A DNA stretch of 64,000 bases from Sphingomonas sp. (GTDB lineage: Bacteria; Pseudomonadota; Alphaproteobacteria; Sphingomonadales; Sphingomonadaceae). Positions 12,227-21,625 of the stretch are shown piece by piece. A program made the translations under genes and the position numbers. The notes below the pieces were generated by a model. The model was not told the origin of the DNA, made no database searches, and saw only the letters and a program-made list of their open reading frames with translations. The stretch's first letter is position 1; every line of letters begins with the position of its first letter. The stretch is from the NCBI GenBank assembly GCA_041659705.1, contig JBAZXU010000007.1:165967-229966 (forward strand). The letters are read 5' to 3'.

Positions 12227-13027
12227 ATGCGCTACCCCTTAGTGATCGCCGCCGCTGCGTCTTGCGTTGCTATATCCGTTGCGGCAATATCGGCTGCACC
12301 AAAAGACACCGCCCTTGGCGCTGCCATTCATGCTTCCAGCCGGACACCGGCCAACATTGCGCGCGACAAATATCGCCATCCAGAGGCAACGCTTGCCTTT
12401 TTTGGTGTAAAGCCGACCGACAAGGTAGTTGAAATCTGGCCAGGCGGTGGCTGGTACACCGAGATTTTGGCGCCCTATCTTGGCGAACACGGCACCTATA
12501 TCGCCGCGGCACCCAACGAACGCGCCCGAGGCGGGGTGCAAAAGCTGATGGCTGCCAACCCGGCTGCCTATGGCAAGATCAGCTTCGCCAGCTTTCCGAG
12601 CACCGATGCGGCCGACCGGGTAGCGCCGGGCAGCGTCGATGTTGTTCTCACCTTTCGCAACGTACACAATTGGAGCTTTGGCGCAGTCGATCTGACACAG
12701 GCCGCGTTCGACCAGATGTTTGCAATGTTGAAGCCGGGCGGCACGCTTGGCCTGGTTGAACACCATCTGCCAGAAGATGCCAACGGCATTACCGAGGCCA
12801 AGAGCGGCTATATGAAACGCTCATCCGTCATCCACTTTGCCACTAAGGCTGGCTTCCAGCTTGCGGGCGAAAGCGCGGTTAACGCCAACGCGAACGACAC
12901 CCATGATTATCCCAAAGGGGTATGGACGCTTCCCCCCGCCTTTGCCGAAGGTGATGCGGACCGGGCAAAATATGCGGCAATCGGCGAAAGCGACCGGATG
13001 ACGCTTAAATTTGTGAAGCCAAAATAA
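12227..13027 (+). CDS. Class I SAM-dependent methyltransferase-fold protein with an N-terminal signal peptide
   Basis: The ATG at 12227 gives MRYPLVIAAAASCVAISVAAISAAP, which is signal-like. The Rossmann motif I VVEIWPGGGWYT and LKPGGTLGLVEH are present. The 246-nt 5' extension in the ORF track overlaps the small minus-strand gene and is Arg/Ser-rich. Confidence 0.75.
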   Translation: MRYPLVIAAAASCVAISVAAISAAPKDTALGAAIHASSRTPANIARDKYRHPEATLAFFGVKPTDKVVEIWPGGGWYTEILAPYLGEHGTYIAAAPNERARGGVQKLMAANPAAYGKISFASFPSTDAADRVAPGSVDVVLTFRNVHNWSFGAVDLTQAAFDQMFAMLKPGGTLGLVEHHLPEDANGITEAKSGYMKRSSVIHFATKAGFQLAGESAVNANANDTHDYPKGVWTLPPAFAEGDADRAKYAAIGESDRMTLKFVKPK

Positions 13028-13037
13028 TTACCGCCAG

Positions 13038-13063
13038 GGGGCGGCGATATTGCGCGCCGCCCC
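13038..13063. terminator. GC-rich hairpin between convergent genes (possible bidirectional terminator)
   Basis: GGGGCGGCG (13038-13046) pairs perfectly with CGCCGCCCC (13055-13063), leaving an 8-nt loop. There is no U-tract on either side. Confidence 0.35.
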
Positions 13064-13081
13064 GGCAAACGCCTTGGCTGA

Positions 13082-13630
13082 TCAACCGCTGAGCTTGTCG
13101 ATCTTTTCGCGCAAACGGCTAAGCTCAGATTTTAGCGCGCTGATTTCGGCATCTTTACTGGCAGGAGTGTCCCCCCCTCCGGCTGCCTGCTCGGCCTTGA
13201 ATGCAGATGTCGCGGCCTCAAACATCGCCATATTACGCTTGGCGATTTCGGCAAAGGGCGAGTGGGCAAATGCCCCTTCCACCGCGGATTTGAACTGTGC
13301 CTGGTTGCGACGAAAACCTTCCATCGAGGCTTCAAGATAACCCGGCACCATTGCCTGCATCGAATCGCCATACATGGAGATGAGCTGGCGCAAAAAATTC
13401 ACCGGCAACATGGTTTGCCCGCGCGATTCTTCCTCCATGATGATTTGGGTCAGAACATTATGGGTAATGTCCTCATCCGTTTTCGCGTCGACAACCTTGA
13501 AATCGCGTCCCTCGCGCGTCATCGCCGCAAGATATTCAAGCGTTATGTAGGACGATGTCTCGGTGTTATAGAGCCGTCTGTTGGCATATTTCTTGATGAT
13601 GACGGGGCCATCGGTCGCGGTTTTTTTCAT
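13082..13630 (-). CDS. phaR: Polyhydroxyalkanoate synthesis repressor PhaR
   Basis: MKKTATDGPVIIKKYANRRLYNTETSSYITLEYLAAM is the canonical PhaR N-terminus. The start is the ATG at 13628-13630. The upstream part of the tracked ORF was rejected. Confidence 0.9.
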   Translation of the reverse strand: MKKTATDGPVIIKKYANRRLYNTETSSYITLEYLAAMTREGRDFKVVDAKTDEDITHNVLTQIIMEEESRGQTMLPVNFLRQLISMYGDSMQAMVPGYLEASMEGFRRNQAQFKSAVEGAFAHSPFAEIAKRNMAMFEAATSAFKAEQAAGGGDTPASKDAEISALKSELSRLREKIDKLSG

Positions 13631-13644
13631 GAGGCATCCCAGTT

Positions 13645-14745
13645 TTGAGCGACACCACCCTACCACCCAATCCCACCGCGCTGCAACACGGCCCGCGTCC
13701 ATTGCCGCTGTTTCTCGATATGCTGCGCGCCGAAACTGCCGGCGCCCCAGAGCGGCGCAAAGCCGCGTTGGCCGGCCTTGCGGCCTATCAGGCGGCCATG
13801 CGCGAGGCGCCACCCTCCCCTCCCCCGGCTGTTGCGCGCCATGGCCGGGCGGTAGTGTATGATTATGGGGCAAATTTGCCCGCCGGCGCGGCCGGAGGGA
13901 ATGGTGCAGCGCCGGTGCTGTTTGTTCCCTCGCTCATCAACCCGCCGCACATTCTTGATTTATCGCCCAAACAATCGCTGCTTCGCTGGCTGGCCGCGCA
14001 AGGCTTTCGCCCAATGCTGCTCGATTGGGGCACGCCCGCTTCCACTGCGCGCGCAATGGATATTACCGCCCATGTGGAGCAAATTCTGGTGCCCGCGGTT
14101 CAATCGCTGGCGCGCGCGCCGGTTTTGGCGGGCTATTGCCTTGGCGGCACCATGGCAGCGGCGGCGGCTTGTCTTACGCCGGTTGCAGGCCTGGCGATGA
14201 TTGCAGCGCCGTGGCATTTTTCGGCCTTTGGCCCGCGCGCTCAGGCGGAAATGACTGAGCTTTGGGCAACGGCACGGCCAGTGTGCGAGGCAATGGGGCT
14301 GGTGCCGATGGAGGTGTTGCAATCAGGCTTTTGGCGGCTCGACCCGGCACGCACCATTGCCAAATATGAGGCCTTTGCCACAATGGATGCCACAGGCGAC
14401 ACCGCGCGCAGCTTTGTCGCGCTGGAAGATTGGGCCAATGCCGGTGCGCCGCTCACCTATGCCGCCGGCGCGCAAATGTTTGACGATTTTTTTGGCCGCA
14501 ACACCCCTGGCACCGGCCAATGGCTGTTGAGCAATGGCCCAGCCAACCTTGCGGCGCTTTCATGCCCGACGGTCGATTTTGTGTCGCTAAACGACCGTAT
14601 TGTGCCAGCCGCTGCCGCAGCCGGCTTTGCTGATCGGCACGAACTTTCGGCAGGCCATGTGGGCATGGTGGTTGGCAGCCGGGCACAATCCGCCTTATGG
14701 GAGCCACTGGCGGGCTGGTTAAACCGGCTGGGCGTCGCTAAATAG
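13645..14745 (+). CDS. Alpha/beta-hydrolase resembling a short (class III-like) PHA synthase PhaC
   Basis: The lipase-box variant has a Cys nucleophile, GYCLGG (Cys codon 14137-14139). [11 protein letters not shown] lies near the C-terminus. The protein is 366 aa and is divergent from phaR. The TTG start at 13645 is uncertain; the next ATG is at 13720. Confidence 0.7.
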   Translation: MSDTTLPPNPTALQHGPRPLPLFLDMLRAETAGAPERRKAALAGLAAYQAAMREAPPSPPPAVARHGRAVVYDYGANLPAGAAGGNGAAPVLFVPSLINPPHILDLSPKQSLLRWLAAQGFRPMLLDWGTPASTARAMDITAHVEQILVPAVQSLARAPVLAGYCLGGTMAAAAACLTPVAGLAMIAAPWHFSAFGPRAQAEMTELWATARPVCEAMGLVPMEVLQSGFWRLDPARTIAKYEAFATMDATGDTARSFVALEDWANAGAPLTYAAGAQMFDDFFGRNTPGTGQWLLSNGPANLAALSCPTVDFVSLNDRIVPAAAAAGFADRHELSAGHVGMVVGSRAQSALWEPLAGWLNRLGVAK

Positions 14746-14783
14746 CCCGCATAATCTGCGCCATCGTTCACAGGAGCCATGCT

Positions 14784-15956
14784 ATGACCGACATCGTCAT
14801 CACCGCCGCAAAACGCACGCCTGTGGGCAGTTTTCTGGGGGCGTTTGGCTCTGTGCCCGCGCATGAGCTGGGGCGGCAGGCGATTGAGGCCGCGCTTGCT
14901 CAGGCGGGCATAGCCGGGCAGGATGTGTCGGAAGTTATTCTGGGGCAAGTGCTCACGGCCGCCCATGGGCAAAACCCCGCGCGCCAGGCATCTATGGCAG
15001 CAGGTGTGCCAAAGGAAATTCCCGCCTGGGGCGTAAACCAGGTCTGCGGGTCTGGCCTACGGGCGGTGGCGCTTGCAGCGCAAGCTGTGGCCACGGGCGA
15101 TGCGACGATTGTTGTGGCCGGTGGGCAGGAATCCATGTCGCTTGCGAACCACGCCCAGGCATTGCGGGCAGGCCAGAAGATGGGCGACGTGTCGCTCATC
15201 GACACGATGATAAAGGACGGCCTGACCGACGCGTTCAATGGCTATCACATGGGCATAACGGCGGAAAATCTGGCAGAGCAGTTTCAGGTTACCCGCCAGG
15301 CGCAGGACGAATTTTCTGTGCGTTCGCAAAATCTAGCATCAGCGGCGCGCGCGGCGGGCCGCTTCCAGGACGAAATCGCGCCCGTCACCATAAAGGGCCG
15401 CAAGGGCGACACCATTGTTGCACACGACGAATATATCCGTGACGGTGTGACGATTGACAGCATCTCAGGCCTGCGCCCCGCCTTCAAAAAAGACGGCACC
15501 GTTACCGCAGCCAACGCAAGTGGGCTGAACGACGGCGCGGCCGCGCTTGTAGTCATGTCGCGCGCAGAAGCCGAGCGGCGCGGCAGCCCCGTACTTGCGC
15601 GCATCGCAAGCTGGGCATCGGCCGGTGTCGACCCGTCGATCATGGGCATTGGCCCCGTGCCTGCCACGCGGCGCGCGCTGGAAAAAGCCGGCTGGTCGTT
15701 GGCGGAGCTTGACCTTATCGAAGCAAATGAGGCTTTCGCCGCACAGGCCCTGTCGGTCGGCAAGGAGCTTGGCTGGGACCCGGCAAAAGTTAACGTAAAC
15801 GGCGGCGCTATCGCCATTGGCCACCCCATCGGCGCATCAGGCGCCCGCGTGCTGACCACATTGCTTTATGAAATGGCCCGCCGCGACGCCAAAAAAGGTC
15901 TCGCCACCCTATGCATAGGCGGCGGCATGGGCATTGCCATGTGCGTGGAGCGGTAG
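14784..15956 (+). CDS. phaA: Acetyl-CoA acetyltransferase (beta-ketothiolase)
   Basis: Thiolase signatures [12 protein letters not shown] (active-site Cys), [19 protein letters not shown] and [10 protein letters not shown]. The gene sits in the PHB context next to phaR. Confidence 0.95.
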   Translation: MTDIVITAAKRTPVGSFLGAFGSVPAHELGRQAIEAALAQAGIAGQDVSEVILGQVLTAAHGQNPARQASMAAGVPKEIPAWGVNQVCGSGLRAVALAAQAVATGDATIVVAGGQESMSLANHAQALRAGQKMGDVSLIDTMIKDGLTDAFNGYHMGITAENLAEQFQVTRQAQDEFSVRSQNLASAARAAGRFQDEIAPVTIKGRKGDTIVAHDEYIRDGVTIDSISGLRPAFKKDGTVTAANASGLNDGAAALVVMSRAEAERRGSPVLARIASWASAGVDPSIMGIGPVPATRRALEKAGWSLAELDLIEANEAFAAQALSVGKELGWDPAKVNVNGGAIAIGHPIGASGARVLTTLLYEMARRDAKKGLATLCIGGGMGIAMCVER

Positions 15957-16084
15957 GGATCGCAAGCAATATTATTGCAACATTTGGCGAATTTATCTTA
16001 TATAAATACTTGATAGGCCTGGAAAAAATACAAAATTTTCCGAGCTAAGTCGCTGGGCGCCATGGCAAGCGTTAATTGCCCTTT

Positions 16085-16115
16085 GTTGCAACCGTGATAT
16101 TTTTGCAACGGCAAC
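16085..16115. promoter_or_regulatory. Cluster of TTGCAAC/GCAAC repeats in the receptor leader (candidate regulator-binding sites)
   Basis: The palindrome GTTGCAAC lies at 16085-16092, TTGCAAC at 16103-16109 and GCAAC at 16111-16115. A fourth TTGCAAC lies at 15975-15981. All are in the 289-nt AT-rich region upstream of the receptor gene. Confidence 0.25.
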
Positions 16116-16245
16116 CGCAAATAACCTCTGCGAATGTTCATTGACCGTTAACAAGGCCTTGCGTCGCCGCCGATTTAGCTTTTCACTGTAAGGCAAGCTG
16201 AGATTCATATCGGCTGATCGTCAAGAACCAAAAAGGGGCACATTA

Positions 16246-19200
16246 ATGAAATTGGGGCATTTGCTCAGCGCGACCGCTCTTGTCGGCGCACTTGCAGCTT
16301 TTCCGGCTACTGCCTTTGCGCAGGTGGCTTCCGCGACTCAAGCCGCTCAGGACGAGCAGGCTCCAGGCGAAGGCAATGAAGGCGATGGCGATATTGTTGT
16401 TACCGGTTCGCGCATCGCCCGACCCAACGACAGTTCGACGGTTCCCGTAACGACCCTGACGGCTGCCGAACTTACCAGCAATTCGACGGTGTCTATTGGT
16501 GACGTTTTGAACGACTTGCCGGCCTTGGCGAGCACGTTTAGCCAGGCAAACTCAACGCGCTTCCTTGGGACGGCCGGGCTGAATTTGCTGGACTTGCGTG
16601 GCCTTGGGACGCAGCGGACTCTGGTTTTGGTAAACGGTCGCCGCCACGTCGGTTCGGACGTGCTCTCAAACGCAGTTTCACCGGATACAAACACATTCCC
16701 AACGGATCTGATCGAGCGGGTTGACGCCGTTACGGGCGGCAATTCTGCAATCTATGGCTCCGACGCCCTTGCAGGCGTGGTAAACTTTGTTCTTAAAGAT
16801 AAATATCAGGGCGTGCAGATTCGCGGCCAAGGCGCTGTTACAGAATATGGCGATGCGGGCACTTATTCGGCAAGCCTGCTCGCGGGCAAAAATTTTGCTG
16901 GTGGCCGCGGCAACGTCGCAGTTAATCTGGAATACGCGCATCAAAGCCAATTTTTTGCATCCGGGCGGGATTATAGCTCGCGCGTCGATGGATTCGTTAC
17001 AGTGGATAGCGATTCTTCCGGGCTCAACGGAGGGAACTCGTCAATCAACTCAGACGGAAATCCGGATTCTGTTTTTGTCCGCGATATTCGGGTAGGCACG
17101 TTTTCGGATGGCGGCCTCGTTGCCACTGCGGGCGCAGCGCGCGGTGCAAATGGCGCCCTCTTGTGCCCGACCACATTCAGGGATCCAAGGGGTGTTCCGT
17201 TTACCTGCAACTTCCTGTTTCAGCCAGACGGAACGCTTGTACCTCAGACCGGCGCGCGTATCGGTTTGCCCGGCGGCACCGCAACGACGCCAACTGTCAA
17301 CCCAGGTGGGGGGTCGTTTCTCGGCGGCAACGGAAACACGCGCCGAGAAGGTGAGTTGCTGCAATTTGCTCCCCAGTTGGATCGTTACGCAGCCAATTTG
17401 GTCGGCCACTATGACTTTTCCAACGCTTTGGTAGCATTTGTTGAGGCCAAATATGTCCGAACGGAAACGTTTGGTACCGGCGGTTCTGGTCCGGCCTTTT
17501 TCACCGGTAGTACGATCGACGCATTTTATGAACGCCCCCGCCTCGACAACCCTTATCTGTCGACGCAAGCACGAGATTTGCTGACCACCACGTTCCTCAA
17601 TAGTGGAACAAACCCTAACACAGGCGCCGCTCTCACTCCGCAGAACATCACCGACATTAATTCCGGTGCTTTCCGCTTTATCTTGCGGAAGAATTTGACG
17701 GACCTAGGAGTTCGCTCTGAGCAGGCAACTCGCGAAACTTATCGGATTGTTGGTGGCCTAAAAGGTGAGTTCAACGATAACTGGCAATACGAAGTTTCGG
17801 TAAACTACGGTGAATTCAACGAACGCACCAATGTGCTTGGAAACATCAACACACAGCGGTTGTCGCTGGGCCTTGATGCGATCCGAAATTCTGCCGGCCA
17901 AATTGTTTGCGGATCGCAGGTAGATCCAACCCGTGCGTTCGATGATATTGCAGGTAATCCAAGTGTTCTTGCGGCAGATATCGCCGCTTGTCAGCCGATT
18001 AATCCTTTCGGCGTTGGTAGCATTTCACAAGCTGCAAGAAACTACGTTCTGCAAGATACTACATCCGTGGGTAAAATAACGCAGCTTGATATCACTGCGT
18101 TTGCTTCTGGAGATACGAGTAAGTTTTTCAACTTGCCTGGCGGTCCGATCGGTTTTGCTGTGGGCGGAGAATTCCGGAGAGAAACAAACTTTTTCCGGGA
18201 AGACCCGTTGGTAGAAGCTGGGTACACCTTCTATAATGCAATTGCTGAATTCAATCCTACCTCGTTCGAGGTGGCTGAAGGCTTTGCTGAAATTCGGCTA
18301 CCCATCCTAAAAGATCTGCCGTTTGCTCACGAGCTTACGCTCAGCGGCGCTACTCGCGTATCTGGGTACAAAGGATCAGCAGGAACGGTTGTGACTTACA
18401 ACGGTGGGGCTGATTATTCACCTATTCGTGACGTTCGTTTCAGGGTGAATTATTCACGCGCTATTCGTGCGCCAAATCTGTCTGATCTTTTTTCGCCACA
18501 ATCTCAAAATTTTGCCCCGGGCTTTTCTGATCCTTGCTCCGCCGTTAACATTGCTGGTGGGACTCAATTCAGAGCGGCCAATTGCGCAGCCGCAGGAATC
18601 AACACGACAGGCCCTGAGCCATTTGATTTCCGCTATGCTCAATCTCTTCAAATCGTCAGCGGCGGCAATCCGAATTTGAACGTCGAAACGTCAGATTCTT
18701 ACACTTATGGCGTGGTGCTGCAGCCCCGGTTTATTCGCGGACTTACCGTATCGGTTGATTATTATAACATTGCGGTAAACGATGTTATTACTGCACCTTC
18801 GGCTCAGGCTATTGTTAATAGTTGCTTTGACTCACCGACAACTAACAATCAGTTTTGTTCATTGTTCCAACGTGACGATGCTGCAGGATCTGTTACCGGC
18901 ACTCCTTTCCGAATCATCGAAGGCAGCCTACAACAGACCTTGCTGAACTTTGCGAGGTTGCAGGTTCGCGGGATTGATGTTGACATAAGCTACAATCGTA
19001 AGTTTGGAAATGTAGGCGTAAATTCTCACCTGGTTTACACACGCTCACTTCAGAACGATTCGTTTCTTGATCCTACGCAGCCGGGGTTTGCTAATCGAAT
19101 CAACGGGGAATTGGGCGCTCCAATTGATGCGTTCAACTGGAACGTAAGCGCTGATTTTGGGCCGTTGTTTGCTTTCTATCAGTTGCGTTACCTTGGGAAG

Positions 19201-19470
19201 CAATCTGTGGGTGCGATTGAGAATCGCGTTACAACTCAAGGCAGGCCGCCGCAGAATTTGGATGATTTCAGCATTCCTTTCTATCCGGAAATTATCTATA
19301 TGGACTTGCGGCTTGGCGTGAATTTCCAGAATAATTCTAACTTTTACGTTGGGGTTGACAATCTGACAAATCGGCAACCTCCTCTTGGCTTGACAGGTAT
19401 CGGTGGCGGTTCAGGAATTTATAATTCCATCGGACGCCGCGTGTATGCGGGCATAGTCGCAAAGTTTTGA
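16246..19470 (+). CDS. TonB-dependent outer-membrane receptor (1074 aa)
   Basis: Signal peptide MKLGHLLSATALVGALAAFPATAFAQ. TonB-box/plug start DIVVTGSRI, plug motifs RVDAVTGGNSAIYGSDALAGVVNF, and C-terminal YAGIVAKF ending in Phe. Confidence 0.9.
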   Translation: MKLGHLLSATALVGALAAFPATAFAQVASATQAAQDEQAPGEGNEGDGDIVVTGSRIARPNDSSTVPVTTLTAAELTSNSTVSIGDVLNDLPALASTFSQANSTRFLGTAGLNLLDLRGLGTQRTLVLVNGRRHVGSDVLSNAVSPDTNTFPTDLIERVDAVTGGNSAIYGSDALAGVVNFVLKDKYQGVQIRGQGAVTEYGDAGTYSASLLAGKNFAGGRGNVAVNLEYAHQSQFFASGRDYSSRVDGFVTVDSDSSGLNGGNSSINSDGNPDSVFVRDIRVGTFSDGGLVATAGAARGANGALLCPTTFRDPRGVPFTCNFLFQPDGTLVPQTGARIGLPGGTATTPTVNPGGGSFLGGNGNTRREGELLQFAPQLDRYAANLVGHYDFSNALVAFVEAKYVRTETFGTGGSGPAFFTGSTIDAFYERPRLDNPYLSTQARDLLTTTFLNSGTNPNTGAALTPQNITDINSGAFRFILRKNLTDLGVRSEQATRETYRIVGGLKGEFNDNWQYEVSVNYGEFNERTNVLGNINTQRLSLGLDAIRNSAGQIVCGSQVDPTRAFDDIAGNPSVLAADIAACQPINPFGVGSISQAARNYVLQDTTSVGKITQLDITAFASGDTSKFFNLPGGPIGFAVGGEFRRETNFFREDPLVEAGYTFYNAIAEFNPTSFEVAEGFAEIRLPILKDLPFAHELTLSGATRVSGYKGSAGTVVTYNGGADYSPIRDVRFRVNYSRAIRAPNLSDLFSPQSQNFAPGFSDPCSAVNIAGGTQFRAANCAAAGINTTGPEPFDFRYAQSLQIVSGGNPNLNVETSDSYTYGVVLQPRFIRGLTVSVDYYNIAVNDVITAPSAQAIVNSCFDSPTTNNQFCSLFQRDDAAGSVTGTPFRIIEGSLQQTLLNFARLQVRGIDVDISYNRKFGNVGVNSHLVYTRSLQNDSFLDPTQPGFANRINGELGAPIDAFNWNVSADFGPLFAFYQLRYLGKQSVGAIENRVTTQGRPPQNLDDFSIPFYPEIIYMDLRLGVNFQNNSNFYVGVDNLTNRQPPLGLTGIGGGSGIYNSIGRRVYAGIVAKF

Positions 19471-19492
19471 TAGCCGATATTGGTATGAAATG

Positions 19493-19523
19493 GGGCCGGC
19501 GGAGACGTCGGCCCTTTTTATTT
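19493..19523 (+). terminator. Rho-independent terminator of the receptor gene
   Basis: GGGCCGGCG (19493-19501) pairs with CGTCGGCCC (19506-19514). This is a 9-bp stem with one G-U pair and a GAGA tetraloop, followed by TTTTTATTT. Confidence 0.75.
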
Positions 19524-19537
19524 GCCGAAGATCAAAA

Positions 19538-20500
19538 ATGACGCACAAAAAAAGCTCGACAGATATAGCGCAAGATTTCCTCGATACTGGTCGAGTGAAT
19601 GAGGCGATAAATGTTATTGAGTCAGCTGTTAGACTGCGAGATGCCGACGCAATATTTTTACTTGCCATTTGGCATTTAATCGGATTTCCGGTGCAAAGAG
19701 ACCTAGTTTACGCTCGACGACTATTAAAACAAGCGGCGGAAAGTGGGCAGTCGTCCGCTGCATTGATGGAAGTTGCACTAACGGCAAATGGAAGTGGTGG
19801 AAAAGAAAATTGGCCATTAGCCATGGATTTGTTAAAAAAGGCCGCAGAAGACAATTTAGCAGCGAGATATCAGCTTAATCTCATTTGCACGCGAGAAAAG
19901 ATATCATCGGACTCTATCTATGAATTTTTGGATAAAGAGCGCCGGATTATTAGATATTCAAAGTTTATTGATCATGAAGAGTGTAATTATTTAATTAAAT
20001 CTTCCGATGGGCTGTTGATGCCAGCAGTTGTCAATGACCCTAATACTGGGTCGCTTATACTTCATCCTGTTCGCACCGGAGAAGGAGCTGTGATCGGCCC
20101 GACGCGAGAAGATTTGGTAATTCAATTGATAAATAAAAGGTTGGCAGAGGTCACAGCTACGTCAAAAAATTTTGGAGAGCCACTGTCTATTTTGAAATAT
20201 AGCCCTTTACAGGAGTACAAACTTCACTCGGATGCAATAAAATCAAAAAATGGCAATAGAATTAAAACAGCAATTATCTATTTAAATGATAATTTTATCG
20301 GGGGAGCCACTAACTTTCCTAAATTAGGTATTTCGGTAAAACCATCACGCGGAGACATGATAACTTTCGACAACTTTATGCCAAACGGGATGCCCGATCC
20401 TATGATGGTACATGCGGGGCTTCCTGTTATTAAGGGTGTCAAATGGCTAGCAACACGGTGGATCAGAGATAGGCCATATGACCCTTGGAATTCTTCTTAA
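19538..20500 (+). CDS. Sel1-repeat / 2OG-Fe(II) oxygenase (prolyl 4-hydroxylase-type) fusion protein
   Basis: The N-terminus carries Sel1-like repeats (LLAIWHLIGFPVQRDLVYARRLLKQAAESGQSSAALMEVAL; LAMDLLKKAAEDNLAARYQL). The C-terminal double-stranded beta-helix has HSD (YKLHSDAIK), distal HAGLPVIKGVKWLATRWI and SRGDMITF. The ATG at 19538 lies just after the upstream terminator. The gene is very AT-rich. Confidence 0.8.
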   Translation: MTHKKSSTDIAQDFLDTGRVNEAINVIESAVRLRDADAIFLLAIWHLIGFPVQRDLVYARRLLKQAAESGQSSAALMEVALTANGSGGKENWPLAMDLLKKAAEDNLAARYQLNLICTREKISSDSIYEFLDKERRIIRYSKFIDHEECNYLIKSSDGLLMPAVVNDPNTGSLILHPVRTGEGAVIGPTREDLVIQLINKRLAEVTATSKNFGEPLSILKYSPLQEYKLHSDAIKSKNGNRIKTAIIYLNDNFIGGATNFPKLGISVKPSRGDMITFDNFMPNGMPDPMMVHAGLPVIKGVKWLATRWIRDRPYDPWNSS

Positions 20501-20506
20501 GCTTTT

Positions 20507-21547
20507 CTATTTCCGCTCAAACCGCCGCCCAAGCCCCGTAAGCAACTCATATTGCGAAAGGCCGGTTAGCCGGGCCGCATCTGGCAGGGCATAGTCCATT
20601 GCCACCCAGTCCCCTTCGCGCAAGCCGGGCGCAGCGCTTACGTCGAGCGCGGTCAAATCCATCGACACCCGCCCAAGCACCGGCAGACGCGCAGAACCGG
20701 AACACGCAGCGCCCTTGGCCGAAAAGGCACGCCAATAGCCATCGGCATAGCCCAGATTGATAATCGCCACCTCGCGATCCTTCGGCGCGGTGAAGGTTGC
20801 GTTGTAACCGATGGTTTCGCCCGCGCGCAGCACACGGCGTTGTATAATCTGCGCCTCTGGCGTCACAACCTGGCGCATATGGCCAAGCTCGGCGCGCGGC
20901 ACGCCGCCGTAAAGCGCAAGACCAGGTCGGGTAAGGCCAAAAACATAGCGTGGCCCCAGTGCGATGCCCGCAGAATTTGCAAGGCTCAACCGCCGGGCGC
21001 CCCACATCGGCGTACCTCCCAACGACAGCGCAACCCCGGCAAAGGCGTCACGCTGCACCTCGTTCATGGGCACATCTTCATCCGCGCAGGCCAGATGGCT
21101 CATTACGGTGTCGACCATCAAACCATCGAGCGCACCGCCGCGCGCCTCGTCTACGGAGAGGCCAAGCCGGTTCATACCGGTGTCGATCATCACATCGCAC
21201 AGCCCGCCACCCGCGGCGCGCCACCGGTTGATTTGCACCAGAGAATTAAGCACCGGGCGCGCTATACCCGTGCGCGCTACGGCCATATCCTCCGCCCTGA
21301 CCCCGTGCAGCACCGACACCGGCAGTTTGAGCGGCGCCAAAGCCAGCGCCTCGGCCCAGGTGGCGACAAAGAAATCGCGGCAACCGGCTTGCACAAGGGC
21401 TTGCGCCACGTTGGACGCACCAAGGCCGTACCCATCGGCCTTAACCGCGGCCCCACAAGCGGCAGGGCCGCTCATTTCGGCAAGCGCATGCCAGTTGGCA
21501 GCAAGGGCAGCGGAATCGATGCGCAGACGTAAAGGAGCGTTGTTCAT
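20507..21547 (-). CDS. alr: Alanine racemase
   Basis: PLP-Lys motif AVKADGYGLG, an overall length of 346 aa, and SMDLTALDV near the C-terminus. Confidence 0.9.
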   Translation of the reverse strand: MNNAPLRLRIDSAALAANWHALAEMSGPAACGAAVKADGYGLGASNVAQALVQAGCRDFFVATWAEALALAPLKLPVSVLHGVRAEDMAVARTGIARPVLNSLVQINRWRAAGGGLCDVMIDTGMNRLGLSVDEARGGALDGLMVDTVMSHLACADEDVPMNEVQRDAFAGVALSLGGTPMWGARRLSLANSAGIALGPRYVFGLTRPGLALYGGVPRAELGHMRQVVTPEAQIIQRRVLRAGETIGYNATFTAPKDREVAIINLGYADGYWRAFSAKGAACSGSARLPVLGRVSMDLTALDVSAAPGLREGDWVAMDYALPDAARLTGLSQYELLTGLGRRFERK

Positions 21548-21625
21548 CGCTCGCTACCAGACGATTGCTGCCGCCATGGCAAGCCCTTGCGCGCGCGTTG
21601 GTCAACCAGGCACTGCCAAAAACGG

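Noticed and set aside
15957-16245. Cobalamin or other riboswitch in the TonB-dependent receptor leader
   Set aside because: I could find no B12-box-like core or any extended conserved stem architecture by eye. Only short repeats are present, and these are reported separately. An Infernal/Rfam scan would be decisive.
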